From NCBI RefSeq assembly GCF_009914755.1, contig NC_060936.1: 64,000 bases of DNA; one strand, 5' to 3'. The position numbers and the translations under genes were made by a program. This document shows, in pieces, positions 1 through 13,100 of this stretch (the first letter of the stretch is position 1; each line of letters opens with the position of its first letter). Source of the stretch: the human T2T-CHM13v2.0 reference genome, Homo sapiens. The notes below the pieces were generated by a model, which saw only the letters and a program-made list of their open reading frames with translations, made no database searches and was not told where the DNA came from.

Positions 1-17
1 AACATTATATGAAGAAA

Positions 18-34
18 TCCCGTTTCCAACGAAG
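18..34 (-). promoter_or_regulatory. CENP-B box (first of roughly 188 box positions spaced about 340 bp apart across the window)
   Basis: tcccgtttccaacgaag is the reverse complement of CTTCGTTGGAAACGGGA, which matches the nTTCGnnnnAnnCGGGn core. The next copies are at 357, 697, 1033, 1372 and so on, up to 63761. Confidence 0.97.
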
Positions 35-3000
35 GCCTCAAAGAGGTCCAAATATCTGCTTGCAGACTTTACAGACAGAGTGTTTCCAAACTGCTCCATC
101 AAAAGAAAGGTTAACCTCCTTGAGTTGAACACACACATCACAAAGTAGTTTCTGTGAATGATTCTTTCTAGTTTTTATACGAAGATGTTTCCTTTTCTAC
201 CTTTGGTCTCAATGCGATTGAAATCTCCACATGGAAACTCCACAAAAAGAGTGTTTCAAATCTGCTCTTTCTGAAGGAAGGTTCAACTCTGTGAGTTGAA
301 TACACACACCACAATAAGTTACTGAGAATTCTTCTGTGTAACATTATATGAGGAAATCCCGTTTCCAACGAAGGCCTCAAAGAGGTCCAAATATCCACTT
401 GCAGAATTTACAAAGACAGTGTCTCCAAACTCCTCCATCAAAAGAAAGGTTATACTCTGTGAATTGAACGCACACATCACAAAGTAGTTTCTGAGAATGA
501 TTGTGTCTAGTTTTTATACGAAGATATTTCCTTTTCTACATTTGGCCTAAAAGCGCTTGAAATCTCCACCTGCAAATATCAGAAAAAGAGGGTTTCACAT
601 CTGCTCTGTCTAAAGGACAGTTCACCTCTGTGAGTTGAATAGAGGCAACACAAAGTACTTACTCAGTATTCTTCTTTCTAGCGTTCTATGAAGAAATCCC
701 GTTTCCAACGAAGGCCTCAAAGAGGTCCAAATATCTGCTTGCAGACTTTACAGAGTGTTTCCAAACTACTCTATGAAAAGAAAGCTTAAACTCCTTGAGT
801 TGAACGCACACATCACAAAGTAGTTTCTGAGAATGATTCTGTCTAGTTTTTATACGAAGATGTTTCCTTTTCTACATTTCGTCTCAAAGCGATTGAAATC
901 TCCAACTGGAAACTGCACAAATAGGGTGTTTCAAATCTGCTCTGTCTAAAGGAAGGTTCAACTCTGTGAGTTGAATACACACACCACAAATAAGTTACTG
1001 AGAATTCTTCTGTCGAACATTACATGAAGAAATCCCGTTTCCAACGAAGGCCTCAAAGAGGTCCAAATATCCACTTGCAGACATTACAAACAGAGTGTTT
1101 CCAAACTGCTCCATCAAAAGAAAGGTTAAACTCTGTGAGCTGAACACACACATCAAAAAGAAGTTTCTGTGAATGATTCTGTCTAGATTTTATAAGAAGA
1201 TGTTTCCTTTTCTACTGTAGGCCTCAAAGCGCTTGAAATCTCCAGCTGCAAATTCCACAAAAAGGGTGTTTAACATCTGCTCTTCTAAAGGAATGTTCAA
1301 CTCTATGAGTTGAATACACACAGCACAAAGAAGTTACTGAGACTTCTCCTATCAAACATTATATGAAGAAATCCCGCTTCCAACGAAGGCCTCAAAGAAG
1401 TCCAAATTTCTGCTCACAAACTTTACAGACAGAGTGTTTCCAAACTGCTCCATCAAAAGAAAGGTTAACCTCCTTGAGTTGAACACACACATCACAAAGT
1501 AGTTTCTGTGAGTGATTCTTTCTAGTTTTTATACGAAGATGTTTCCTTTTCTACCTTTGGTCTCAATGCGATTGAAATCTCCACATGGAAACTCCACAAA
1601 AAGAGTGTTTCAAATCTGCTCTTTCTGAAGGAAGGTTCAAATCTGTGAGTTGAATACACACACCACAAATAAGTTACTGAGAATTCTTCTGTGTAACATT
1701 ATATGAGGAAATCCCGTTTCCAACGAAGGCCTCAAAGAGTTCCAAATATCCACTTGCAGACTTTACAAAGACAGTGTCTCCAAACTCCTCCATCAAAAGA
1801 AAGGTTATACTCTGTGAATTGAACGCACACATCACAAAGTAGTTTCTGAGAATGATTCTGACTACTTTTTATACGAAGATATTTCCTTTTCTACATTTGG
1901 CCTAAAAGCACTTGAAATCTCCACCTGCAAATATCACAAAAAGAGGGTTTCACATCTGCTCTGTCTAAAGGACAGTTCACCTCTGTGATTTGAATAGAGG
2001 CAACACATAGAACTTACTCAGTATTCTTCTTTCTAGTGTTCCATGAAGAAAACCCGTTTCCAACGAAGGCCTCAAAGAGGTCCAAATATCTGCTTGCAGA
2101 CTTTACAGACAGAGTGTTTCCAAACAACTTTATGAAAAGAAAGCTTAAACTCCTTGAGTTGAACGCACATATCACAAAGTAGTTTCTGAGAATGATTCTG
2201 TCTAGTTTTTATACGAAGATGTTTCCTTTTCTACATTTCGTCTCAAAGCGATTGAAATCTCCAACTGGAAACTGCACAAATAGGGTGTTTCAAATCTGCT
2301 CTGTCTAAAGGAAGGTTCAACTCTGTGAGTTGAATACACACACCACAAATAAGTTACTGAGAATTCTTCTGTCGAACATTACATGAAGAAATCCCGTTTC
2401 CAACGAAGGCCTCAAAGAGGTCCAAATATCCACTTGCAGACATTACAGAGTGTTTCCAAACTGCTCCATCAAAAGAAAGGTTAAAGTCTGTGAGCTGAAC
2501 ACACACATCAAAAAGAAGTTTCTGTGAGTGATTCTGTCTAGATTTTATAAGAAGATGTTTCCTTTTCTACCATAGGCCTCAAAGCGCTTGAAATCTCCAG
2601 CTGCAAATTCCACAAAAAGGGGGTTTAACATCTGCTCTTCTAAAGGAAAGTTCAACTCTATGAGTTGAATACACACAGCACAAAGAAGTTACTGAGACTT
2701 CTCCTATCAAACATTATATGAAGAAATCCCGTTTCCAACGAAGGCCTCAAAGACGTCCAAATATCCACTTGCAGACATTATAAACAGTGTGTTTCCAAAC
2801 TGCTCCATCAAAAGAAAGGTTAAACTCTGTGAGCTGAACACACACATCAAAAAGAAGTTTCTGTGAATGATTCTGTCTAGATTTTATAATAAGATGTTTC
2901 CTTTTCTACCATAGGCCTCAAAGCGCTTGAAATCTCCAGCTGCAAATTCCACAAAAAGGGTGTTTAACATCTGCTCTTCTAAAGGAAAGTTCAAATCTAT

Positions 3001-3065
3001 GAGTTGAATACACACAGCACAAAGAAGTTACTGAGACTTCTCCTATCAAACATTATATGAAGAAA
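18..3065. repeat. 18-monomer block (ABCD-ABCDD, 3048 bp) whose first ~1.5 kb is repeated at 3049-~4550
   Basis: Private variants recur at offset 3048: the 1-bp deletion acaataag, gattgtgtc, atatcagaa, aaggaatgtt, and tcccgcttcc...gctcacaaac. The identical ORFs at 168 and 3216 have the same offset. Confidence 0.85.
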
Positions 3066-4251
3066 TCCCGTTTCCAACGAAGGCCTCAAAGAGGTCCAAA
3101 TATCTGCTTGCAGACTTTACAGACAGAGTGTTTCCAAACTGCTCCATCAAAAGAAAGGTTAACCTCCTTGAGTTGAACACACACATCACAAAGTAGTTTC
3201 TGTGAATGATTCTTTCTAGTTTTTATACGAAGATGTTTCCTTTTCTACCTTTGGTCTCAATGCGATTGAAATCTCCACATGGAAACTCCACAAAAAGAGT
3301 GTTTCAAATCTGCTCTTTCTGAAGGAAGGTTCAACTCTGTGAGTTGAATACACACACCACAATAAGTTACTGAGAATTCTTCTGTGTAACATTATATGAG
3401 GAAATCCCGTTTCCAACGAAGGCCTCAAAGAGGTCCAAATATCCACTTGCAGACTTTACAAAGACAGTGTCTCCAAACTCCTCCATCAAAAGAAAGGTTA
3501 TACTCTGTGAATTGAACGCACACATCACAAAGTAGTTTCTGAGAATGATTGTGTCTAGTTTTTATACGAAGATATTTCCTTTTCTACATTTGGCCTAAAA
3601 GCGCTTGAAATCTCCACCTGCAAATATCAGAAAAAGAGGGTTTCACATCTGCTCTGTCTAAAGGACAGTTCACCTCTGTGAGTTGAATAGAGGCAACACA
3701 AAGAACTTACTCAGTATTCTTCTTTCTAGCGTTCTATGAAGAAATCCCGTTTCCAACGAAGGCCTCAAAGAGGTCCAAATATCTGCTTGCAGACTTTACA
3801 GAGTGTTTCCAAACTACTCTATGAAAAGAAAGCTTAAACTCCTTGAGTTGAACGCACACATCACAAAGTAGTTTCTGAGAATGATTCTGTCTAGTTTTTA
3901 TACGAAGATGTTTCCTTTTCTACATTTCGTCTCAAAGCGATTGAAATCTCCAACTGGAAACTGCACAAATAGGGTGTTTCAAATCTGCTCTGTCTAAAGG
4001 AAGGTTCAACTCTGTGAGTTGAATACACACACCACAAATAAGTTACTGAGAATTCTTCTGTCGAACATTACATGAAGAAATCCCGTTTCCAACGAAGGCC
4101 TCAAAGAGGTCCAAATATCCACTTGCAGACATTACAAACAGAGTGTTTCCAAACTGCTCCATCAAAAGAAAGGTTAAACTCTGTGAGCTGAACACACACA
4201 TCAAAAAGAAGTTTCTGTGAATGATTCTGTCTAGATTTTATAAGAAGATGT

Positions 4252-4268
4252 TTCCTTTTCTACCGTAG
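4252..4268 (+). promoter_or_regulatory. pJalpha-like motif in the alternate (A-type) monomer; representative copy in dimer D
   Basis: ttccttttctaccgtag differs by one base from the recalled consensus TTCCTTTTYCACCRTAG. It lies ~170 bp from the CENP-B box, at the homologous monomer position. The copies in dimers A, B and C are more degenerate. Confidence 0.7.
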
Positions 4269-7129
4269 GCCTCAAAGCGCTTGAAATCTCCAGCTGCAAA
4301 TTCCACAAAAAGGGTGTTTAACATCTGCTCTTCTAAAGGAATGTTCAACTCTATGAGTTGAATACACACAGCACAAAGAAGTTACTGAGACTTCTCCTAT
4401 CAAACATTATATGAAGAAATCCCGCTTCCAACGAAGGCCTCAAAGAAGTCCAAATATCTGCTCACAAACTTTACAGACAGAGTGTTTCCAAACTGCTCCA
4501 TCAAAAGAAAGGTTAACCTCCTTGAGTTGAACACACACATCACAAAGTAGTTTCTGTGAATGATTCTGTCTAGTTTTTATACGAAGATGTTTCCTTTTCT
4601 ACCTTTGGTCTCAAAGCGATTGAAATCTCCACATGGAAACTCCACAAAAAGAGTGTTTCAAATCTGCTCTTTCTGAAGGAAGGTTCAACCCTGTGAGTTG
4701 AATACACACACCACAAATAAGTTACTGAGAATTCTTCTGTGTAACATTATATGAGGAAATCCCGTTTCCAACGAAGGCCTCAAAGAGGTCCAAATATCCA
4801 CTTGCAGACTTTACAAAGACAGTGTCTCCAAACTCCTCCATCAAAAGAAAGGTTATACTCTGTGAATTGAATGCACACATCACAAAGTAGTTTCTGAGAA
4901 TGATTCTGTCTAGTTTTTATACAAAGATATTTCCTTTTCTACATTTGGCCTAAAAGCGCTTGAAATCTCCACCTGCAAATATCACAAAAAGAGGGTTTCA
5001 CATCTGCTCTGTCTAAAGGACAGTTCACCTCTGTGAGTTGAATAGAGGCAACACAAAGAACTTACTCAGTATTCTTCTTTCTAGCGTTCTATGAAGAAAT
5101 CCCGTTTCCAACGAAGGCCTCAAAGAGGTCCAAATATCTGCTTGCAGACCTTACAGAGTGTTTCCAAACTACTCTATGAAAAGAAAGCTTAAACTCCTTG
5201 AGTTGAACGCACACATCACAAAGTAGTTTCTGAGAATTATTCTGTCTAGTTTTTATACGAAGATGTTTCCTTTTCTACATTTGGTCTCAAAGCGATTGAA
5301 ATCTCCAACTGGAAACTGCACAAATAGGGTGTTTCAAATCTGCTCTGTCTAAAGGAAGGTTCAACCCTGTGAGTTGAATACACACACCACAAATAAGTTA
5401 CTGAGAATTATTCTGTCGAACATTACATGAAGAAATCCCGTTTCCAACGAAGGCCTCAAAGAGGTCCAAATATCCACTTGCAGACATTACAGAGTGTTTC
5501 CAAACTGCTCCATCAAAAGAATGGTTAAACTCTGTGAGCTGAACACACACATCAAAAAGAAGTTTCTGTGAATGTTTCTGTCTAGATTTTATAAGAAGAT
5601 GTTTCCTTTTCTACCGTAGGCCTCAAAGCGCTTGAAATCTCCAGCTGCAAATTCCACAAAAAGGGTGTTTAACATCTGCTCTTCTAAAGCAAAGTTCAAC
5701 TCTATGAGTTGAATACACACAGCACAAAGAAGTTACTGAGAATTCTCCTATCAAACATCATATGAAGAAATCCCGTTTCCAACGAAGGCCTCAAAGAGGT
5801 CCAAATATCTGCTTGCAGACTTTACAGACAGAGTGTTTCCAAACTGCTCCATCAAAAGAAAGGTTAACCTCCTTGAGTTGAACACACACATCACAAAGTA
5901 GTTTCTGTGAATGATTCTGTCTAGTTTTTATACGAAGATGTTTCCTTTTCTACCTTTGGTCTCAAAGCGATTGAAATCTCCACATGGAAACTCCACAAAA
6001 AGAGTGTTTCATATCTGCTCTTTCTGAAGGAAGGTTCAACTCTGTGAGTTGAATACACACACCACAAATAAGTTACTGAGAATTCTTCTGTGTAACATTA
6101 TATGAGGAAATCCCGTTTCCAACGAAGGCCACAAAGAGGTCCAAATATCCACTTGCAGACTTTACAAAGACAGTGTCTCCAAACTCGTCCATCAAAAGAA
6201 AGGTTATACTCTGTGAATTGAACGCACACATCACAAAGTAGTTTCTGAGAATGATTCTGTCTAGTTTTTATACGAAGATATTTCCTTTTCTACATTTGGC
6301 CTAAAAGCGCTTGAAATCTCCACCTGCAAATATCCCAAAAAGAGGGTTTCACATCTGCTCTGTCTAAAGGACAGTTCACCTCTGTGAGTTGAATAGAGGC
6401 AACACAAAGAACTTACTCAGTATTCTTCTTTCTAGCGTTCTATGAAGAAATCCCTTTTCCAACGAAGGCCTCAAAGAGGTCCAAATATCTGCTTGCAGAC
6501 TTTACAGACAGAGTGTTTCCAAACTACTCTATGAAAAGAAAGCTTAAACTCCTTGAGTTGAATGCACACATCACAAAGTAGTTTCTGAGAATGATTCTGT
6601 CTAATTTTTATACGAAGATGTTTCCTTTTCTACATTTGGTCTCAAAGCGATTGAAATCTCCAACTGGAAACTGCAGAAATAGGGTGTTTGAAATCTGCTC
6701 TGTCTAAAGGAAGGTTCAACTCTGTGAGTTGAATACACACACCACAAATAAGGTACTGAGAATTCTTCTGTCGAACATTACATGAAGAAATCCCGTTTCC
6801 AACGAAGGCCTCAAAGAGGTCCAAATATCCACTTGGAGACATTACAAACAGTGTGTTTCCAAACTGCTCCATCAAAAGAAAGGTTAAACTCTGTGAGCTG
6901 AACACACACATCAAAAAGAAGTTTCTGTGAATGATTCTGTCTAGATTTTATAAGAAGATGTTTCCTTTTCTACCGTAGGCCTCAAAGCGCTTGAAATCTC
7001 CAGCTGCAAATTCCACAAAAAGGGTGTTTAACATCTGCTCTTCTAAAGGAAAGTTCAACTCTATGAGTTGAATACACACAGCACAAAGAAGTTACTGAGA
7101 CTTCTCCTATCAAACATTATATGAAGAAA

Positions 7130-10100
7130 TCCCGTTTCCAACGAAGGCCTCAAAGAGGTCCAAATATCTGCTTGCAGACTTTACAGACAGAGTTTTTCCA
7201 AACTGGTCCATCAAAAGAAAGGTTAAACTCCTTGAGTTGAACACACACATCACAAAGTAGTTTCTGTGAATGATTCTGTCTAGTTTTTATACGAAGATGT
7301 TTCCTTTTCTACCTTTGGTCTCAAAGCGATTGAAATCTCCACATGGAAACTCCACAAAAAGAGTGTTTCAAATCTGCTCTTTCTGAAGGAAGGTTCAACT
7401 CTGTGAGTTGAATACACACACCACAAATAAGTTACTGAGAATTCTTCTGTGTAACATTATATGAGGAAATCCCGTTTCCAACGAAGGCCTCAAAGAGGTC
7501 CAAATATCCACTTGCAGACTTTACAAAGACAGTGTCTCCAAACTCCTCCATCAAAAGAAAGGTTATACTCTGTGAATTGAACGCACACATCACAAAGTAG
7601 CTTCTGAGAATGATTCTGTCTAGTTTTTATACGAAGATATTTCCTTTTCTACATTTGGCCTAAAAGCGCTTGAAATCTCCACCTGCAAATATCACAAAAA
7701 GAGGGTTTCACATCTGCTCTGTCTAAAGGACAGTTCACCTCTGTGAGTTGAATAGAGGCAACACAAAGAACTTACTCAGTATTCTTCTTTCTAGCGTTCT
7801 ATAAAGAAATCCCGTTTCCAACGAAGGCCTCAAAGAGGTCCAAATATCTGCTTGCAGACTTTACAGACAGAGTGTTTTTAAACTGCTCCATCAAAAGAAA
7901 GGTTAAACTCCTTGAGTTGAACACACACATCAGAAAGTAGTTTCTGTGAATGATTCTGTCTAATTTTTATACGAAGATATTTCCTTTTCTACCTTTGGTC
8001 TCAAAGCGATTGAAATCTCCACATGGAAACTCCACAAAAAGAGTGTTTCAAATCTGCTCTCTCTGAAGGAAGGTTCAACTCTGTGAGTTGAAAACACACA
8101 CCACAAATAAGTTACTGAGAATTCTTCTGTGTAACATTATATGAGGAAATCCCGTTTCCAACGAAGGCCTCAAAGAGGTCCAAATATCCACTTGCAGACT
8201 TTACAAAGACAGTGTCTCCAAACTCCTCCATCAAAAGAAAAGTTATACTCTGTGAATTGAACGCACACATCACAAAGTAGTTTCTCAGAATGATTCTGTC
8301 TAGTTTTTATACGAAGATATTTCCTTTTCTACATTTGGCCTAAGAGCGCTTGAAATCTCCACCTGCAAATATCACAAAAAGAGGGTTTCACATCTGCTCT
8401 GTCTAAAGGACAGTTCACCTCTGTGAGTTGAATAGAGGCAACACAAAGAACTTACTCAGTATTCTTCTTTCTAGCGTTCTATGAAGAAATCCCTTTTCCA
8501 AAGAAGGCCTCAAAGAGGTCCAAATATCTGCTTGCAGACTTTACAGAGTGTTTCCAAACTACTCTATGAAAAGAAAGCTTAAACTCCTTGAGTTGAACGC
8601 ACACATCACAAAGTAGTTTCTGAGAATGATTCTGTCTAGTTTTTATACGAAGATGTTTCCTTTTCTACATTTCGTCTCAAAGCGATTGAAATCTCCAACT
8701 GGAAACTGCACAAATAGGGTGTTTCAAATCTGCTCTGTCTAAAGGAAGGTTCAACTCTGTGAGTTGAATACACACACCACAAATAAGTTACTGAGAATTC
8801 TTCTGTCGAACATTACATGAAGAAATCCCGTTTCCAACGAAGGCCTCAAAGAGGTCCAAATATCCACTTGCAGACATTAAAAACAGTGTGTTTCCAAACT
8901 GCTCCATCAAAAGAAAGGTTAAACTCTGTGAGCTGAACACACACATCAAAAAGAAGTTTCTGTGAATGATTCTGTCTAGATTTTATAAGAAGATGTTTCC
9001 TTTTCTACCGTAGGCCTCAAAGCGCTTGAAATCTCCAGCTGCAAATTCCACAAAAAGGGTGTTTAACATCTGCTCTTCTAAAGGAAAGTTCAACTCTATG
9101 AGTTGAATACACACAGCACAAAGAAGTTACTGAGACTTCTCCTATCAAACATTATATGAAGAAATCCCGTTTCCAACGAAGGCCTCAAAGAGGTCCAAAT
9201 ATCTGCTTGCAGACTTTACAGACAGAGTTTTTCCAAACTGCTCCATCAAAAGAAAGGTTAAACTCCTTGAGTTGAACACACACATCACAAAGTAGTTTCT
9301 GTGAATTATTCTGTCTAGTTTTTATACGAAGATGTTTCCTTTTCTACCTTTGGTCTCAAAGCGATTGAAATCTCCACATGGAAACTCCACAAAAAGAGTG
9401 TTTCATATCTGCTCTTTCTGAAGGAAGGTTCAACCCTGTGAGCTGAATACACACACCACAAATAAGTTACTGAGAATTCTTCTGTGTAACATTATATGAG
9501 GAAATCCCGTTTCCAACGAAGGCCTCAAAGAGGTCCAAATATCCACTTGCAGACTTTACAAAGACAGTGTCTCCAAACTCCTCCATCAAAAGAAAGGTTA
9601 TACTCTGTGAATTGAACGCACACATCACAAAGTAGTTTCTGAGAATGATTCTGTCTAGTTTTTATACGAAGATATTTCCTTTTCTACATTTGGCCTAAAA
9701 GCGCTTGAAATCTCCACCTGCAAATATCACAAAAAGAGGGTTTCACATCTGCTCTGTCTAAAGGACACTTCACCTCTGTGAGTTGAATAGAGGCAACACA
9801 AAGAACTTACTCAGTATTCTTCTTTCTAGCGTTCTATGAAGAAATCCCTTTTCCAACGAAGGCCTCAAAGAGGTCCAAATATCTGCTTGCAGACTTTACA
9901 GACAGAGTGTTTCCAAACTACTCTATGAAAAGAAAGCTTAAACTCCTTGAGTTGAACGCACACATCACAAAGTAGTTTCTGAGAATGATTCTGTCTAGTT
10001 TTTATACGAAGATGTTTCCTTTTCTACATTTGGTCTCAAAGCGATTGAAATCTCCAACTGGAATCTGCACAAATAGGGAGTTTCAAATCTGATCTGTCTA

Positions 10101-13100
10101 AAGGAAGGGTCAACTCTGTGAGTTGAATACACACACCACAAATAAGTTACTGAGAATTCTTCTGTTGAACATTACATGAAGCAATCCCGTTTCCAACGAA
10201 GGCCTCAAAGAGGTCCTAATGTCCACTTGCAGACATTACAGAGTGTTTCCAAACTGCTCCATCAAAAGAAAGGGTAAACTCTGTGAGCTGAACACACACA
10301 TCAAAAAGAAGTTTCTGTGAATGATTCTGTTTAGATTTTATAAGAAGATGTTTCCTTTTCTACCGTAGGCCTCAAAGCGCTTGAAATCTCCAGCTGCAAA
10401 TTCCACAAAAAGGGTGTTTAACATCAGCTCTTCTAAAGGAAAGTTCAACTCTATGAGTTGAATACACACAGCACAAAGAAGTTACTGAGACTTCTCCTAT
10501 CAAACATTATATGAAGAAATCCCGTTTCCAACGAAGGCCTCAAAGAGGTCCAAATATCCACTTGCAGACATTACAAACAGTGTGTTTCCAAACTGCTCCA
10601 TCAAAAGAAAGGTTAAACTCTGTGAGCTGAACACACACATCAAAAAGAATTTTCTGTGAATGATTCTGTCTAGATTTTATAAGAAGATGTTTCCTTTTCT
10701 AACGTAGGCCTCAAAGCGCTTGAAATCTCCAGCTGCAAATTCCACAAAAAGGGTGTTTAACATCAGCTCTTCTAAAGGAAAGTTCAACTGTATGAGTTGA
10801 ATACACACAGCACAAAGAAGTTACTGAGACTTCTCCTATCAAACATTATATGAAGAAATCCCGTTTCCAACGAAGGCCTCAAAGAGGTCCAAATATCTGC
10901 TTGCAGACTTTACAGAGAGAGTGTTTTTAAACTGCTCCATCAAAAGAAAGGTTAAACTCCTTGAGTTGAACACACACATCACAAAGTAGTTTCTGTGAAT
11001 GATTCTGTCTAGTTTTTATACGAAGATGTTTCCTTTTCTACCTTTGGTCTCAAAGCGATTGAAATCTCCACATGGAAACTCCACAAAAAGTGTGTTTCAA
11101 ATCTGCTCTCTCTGAAGGAAGGTTCAACTCTGTGAGTTGAATACACACACCACAAATAAGTTACTGAGAATTCTTCTGTGTAACATTATATGAGGAAATC
11201 CCGTTTCCAACGAAGGCCTCAAAGAGGTCCAAATATCCACTTGCAGACTTTACAAAGACAGTGTCTCCAAACTCCTCCATCAAAAGAAAGGTTATACTCT
11301 GTGAATTGAACGCACACATCACAAAGTAGTTTCTGAGAATGATTCTGTCTAGTTTTTATACGAAGATATTTCCTTTTCTAAATTTGGCCTAAAAGCGCTT
11401 GAAATCTCCACGTGCAAATATCACAAAAAGAGGGTTTCAGATCTGCTCTGTCAAAAGGACACTTCACCTCTGTGAGTTGAATAGAGGCAACACAAAGAAC
11501 TTACTCAGTATTCTTCTTTCTAGCGTTCTATGAAGAAATCCCGTTTCCAACGAAGGCCTCAAAGAGGTCCAAATATCTGCTTGCAGACTTTACAGACAGA
11601 GTGTTTTTAAACTGCTCCATCAATAGAAAGGTTAAACTCCTTGAGTTGAACACACACATCACAAAGTAGTTTCTGTGAATGATTCTGTCTAGTTTTTATA
11701 CGAAGATGTTTCCTTTTCTACCTTTGGTCTCAAAGCTATTGAAATCTCCACATGGAAACTCCACAAAAAGAGTGTTTCAAATCTGCTCTCTCTGAAGGAA
11801 GGTTCAACTCTGTGAGTTGAATACACACACCACAAATAAGTTACTGAGAATTCTTCTGTGTAACATTATATGAGGAAATCCCGTTTCCAACGAAGGCCTC
11901 AAAGAGGTCCAAATATCCACTTGGAGACATTACAAACAGTGTGTTTCCAAACTGCTCCATCAAAAGAAAGGTTAAACTCTGTGAGCTGAACACACACATC
12001 AAAAAGAAGTTTCTGTGAATGATTCTGTCTAGATTTTATAAGAAGATGTTTCCTTTTCTACCGTAGGCCTCAAAGCGCTTGAAATCTCCAGCTGCAAATT
12101 CACCAAAAAGGGTGTTTAACATCTGCTCTTCTAAAGCAAAGTTCAACTCTATGAGTTGAATACACACAGCACAAAGAAGTTACTGAGACTTCTCCTATCA
12201 AACATCATATGAAGAAATCCCGTTTCCAACGAAGGCCTCAAAGAGGTCCAAATATCTGCTTGCAGACTTTACAGACAGAGTGTTTCCAAACTGCTCCATC
12301 AAAAGAAAGGTTAAACTCCTTGAGTTGAACACACACATCACAAAGTAGTTTCTGTGAATGATTCTGTCTAGTTTTTATACGAAGATGTTTCCTTTTCTAC
12401 CTTTGGTCTCAAAGCGATTGAAATCTCCACATGGAAACTCCACAAAAAGAGTGTTTCATATCTGCTCTTTCTGAAGGAAGGTTCAACTCTGTGAGTTGAA
12501 TACACACACCACAAATAAGTTACTGAGAATTCTTCTGTGTAACATTATATGAGGAAATCCCCTTTCCAACGAAGGCCACAAAGAGGTCCAAATATCCACT
12601 TGCAGACTTTACAAAGACAGTGTCTCCAAACTCGTCCATCAAAAGAAAGGTTATACTCTGTGAATTGAACGCACACATCACAAAGTAGTTTCTGAGAATG
12701 ATTCTGTCTAGTTTTTATACGAAGATATTTCCTTTTCTACATTTGGCCTAAGAGCGCTTGAAATCTCCACCTGCAAATATCACAAAAAGAGGGTTTCACA
12801 TCTGCTCTGTCTAAAGGACAGTTCACCTCTGTGAGTTGAATAGAGGCAACACAAAGAACTTACTCAGTATTCTTCTTTCTAGCGTTCTATGAAGAAATCC
12901 CTTTTCCAAAGAAGGCCTCAAAGAGGTCCAAATATCTGCTTGCAGACTTTACAGAGTGTTTCCAAACTACTCTATGAAAAGAAAGCTTAAACTCCTTGAG
13001 TTGAACGCACACATCACAAAGTAGTTTCTGAGAATGATTCTGTCTAGTTTTTATACGAAGATGTTTCCTTTTCTACATTTCGTCTCAAAGCGATTGAAAT

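Noticed and set aside
168-3446. Two 76-aa ORFs (MDIWTSLR...)
   Set aside because: Created by a 1-bp deletion (acaataag) in a duplicated satellite segment; translated alpha satellite.
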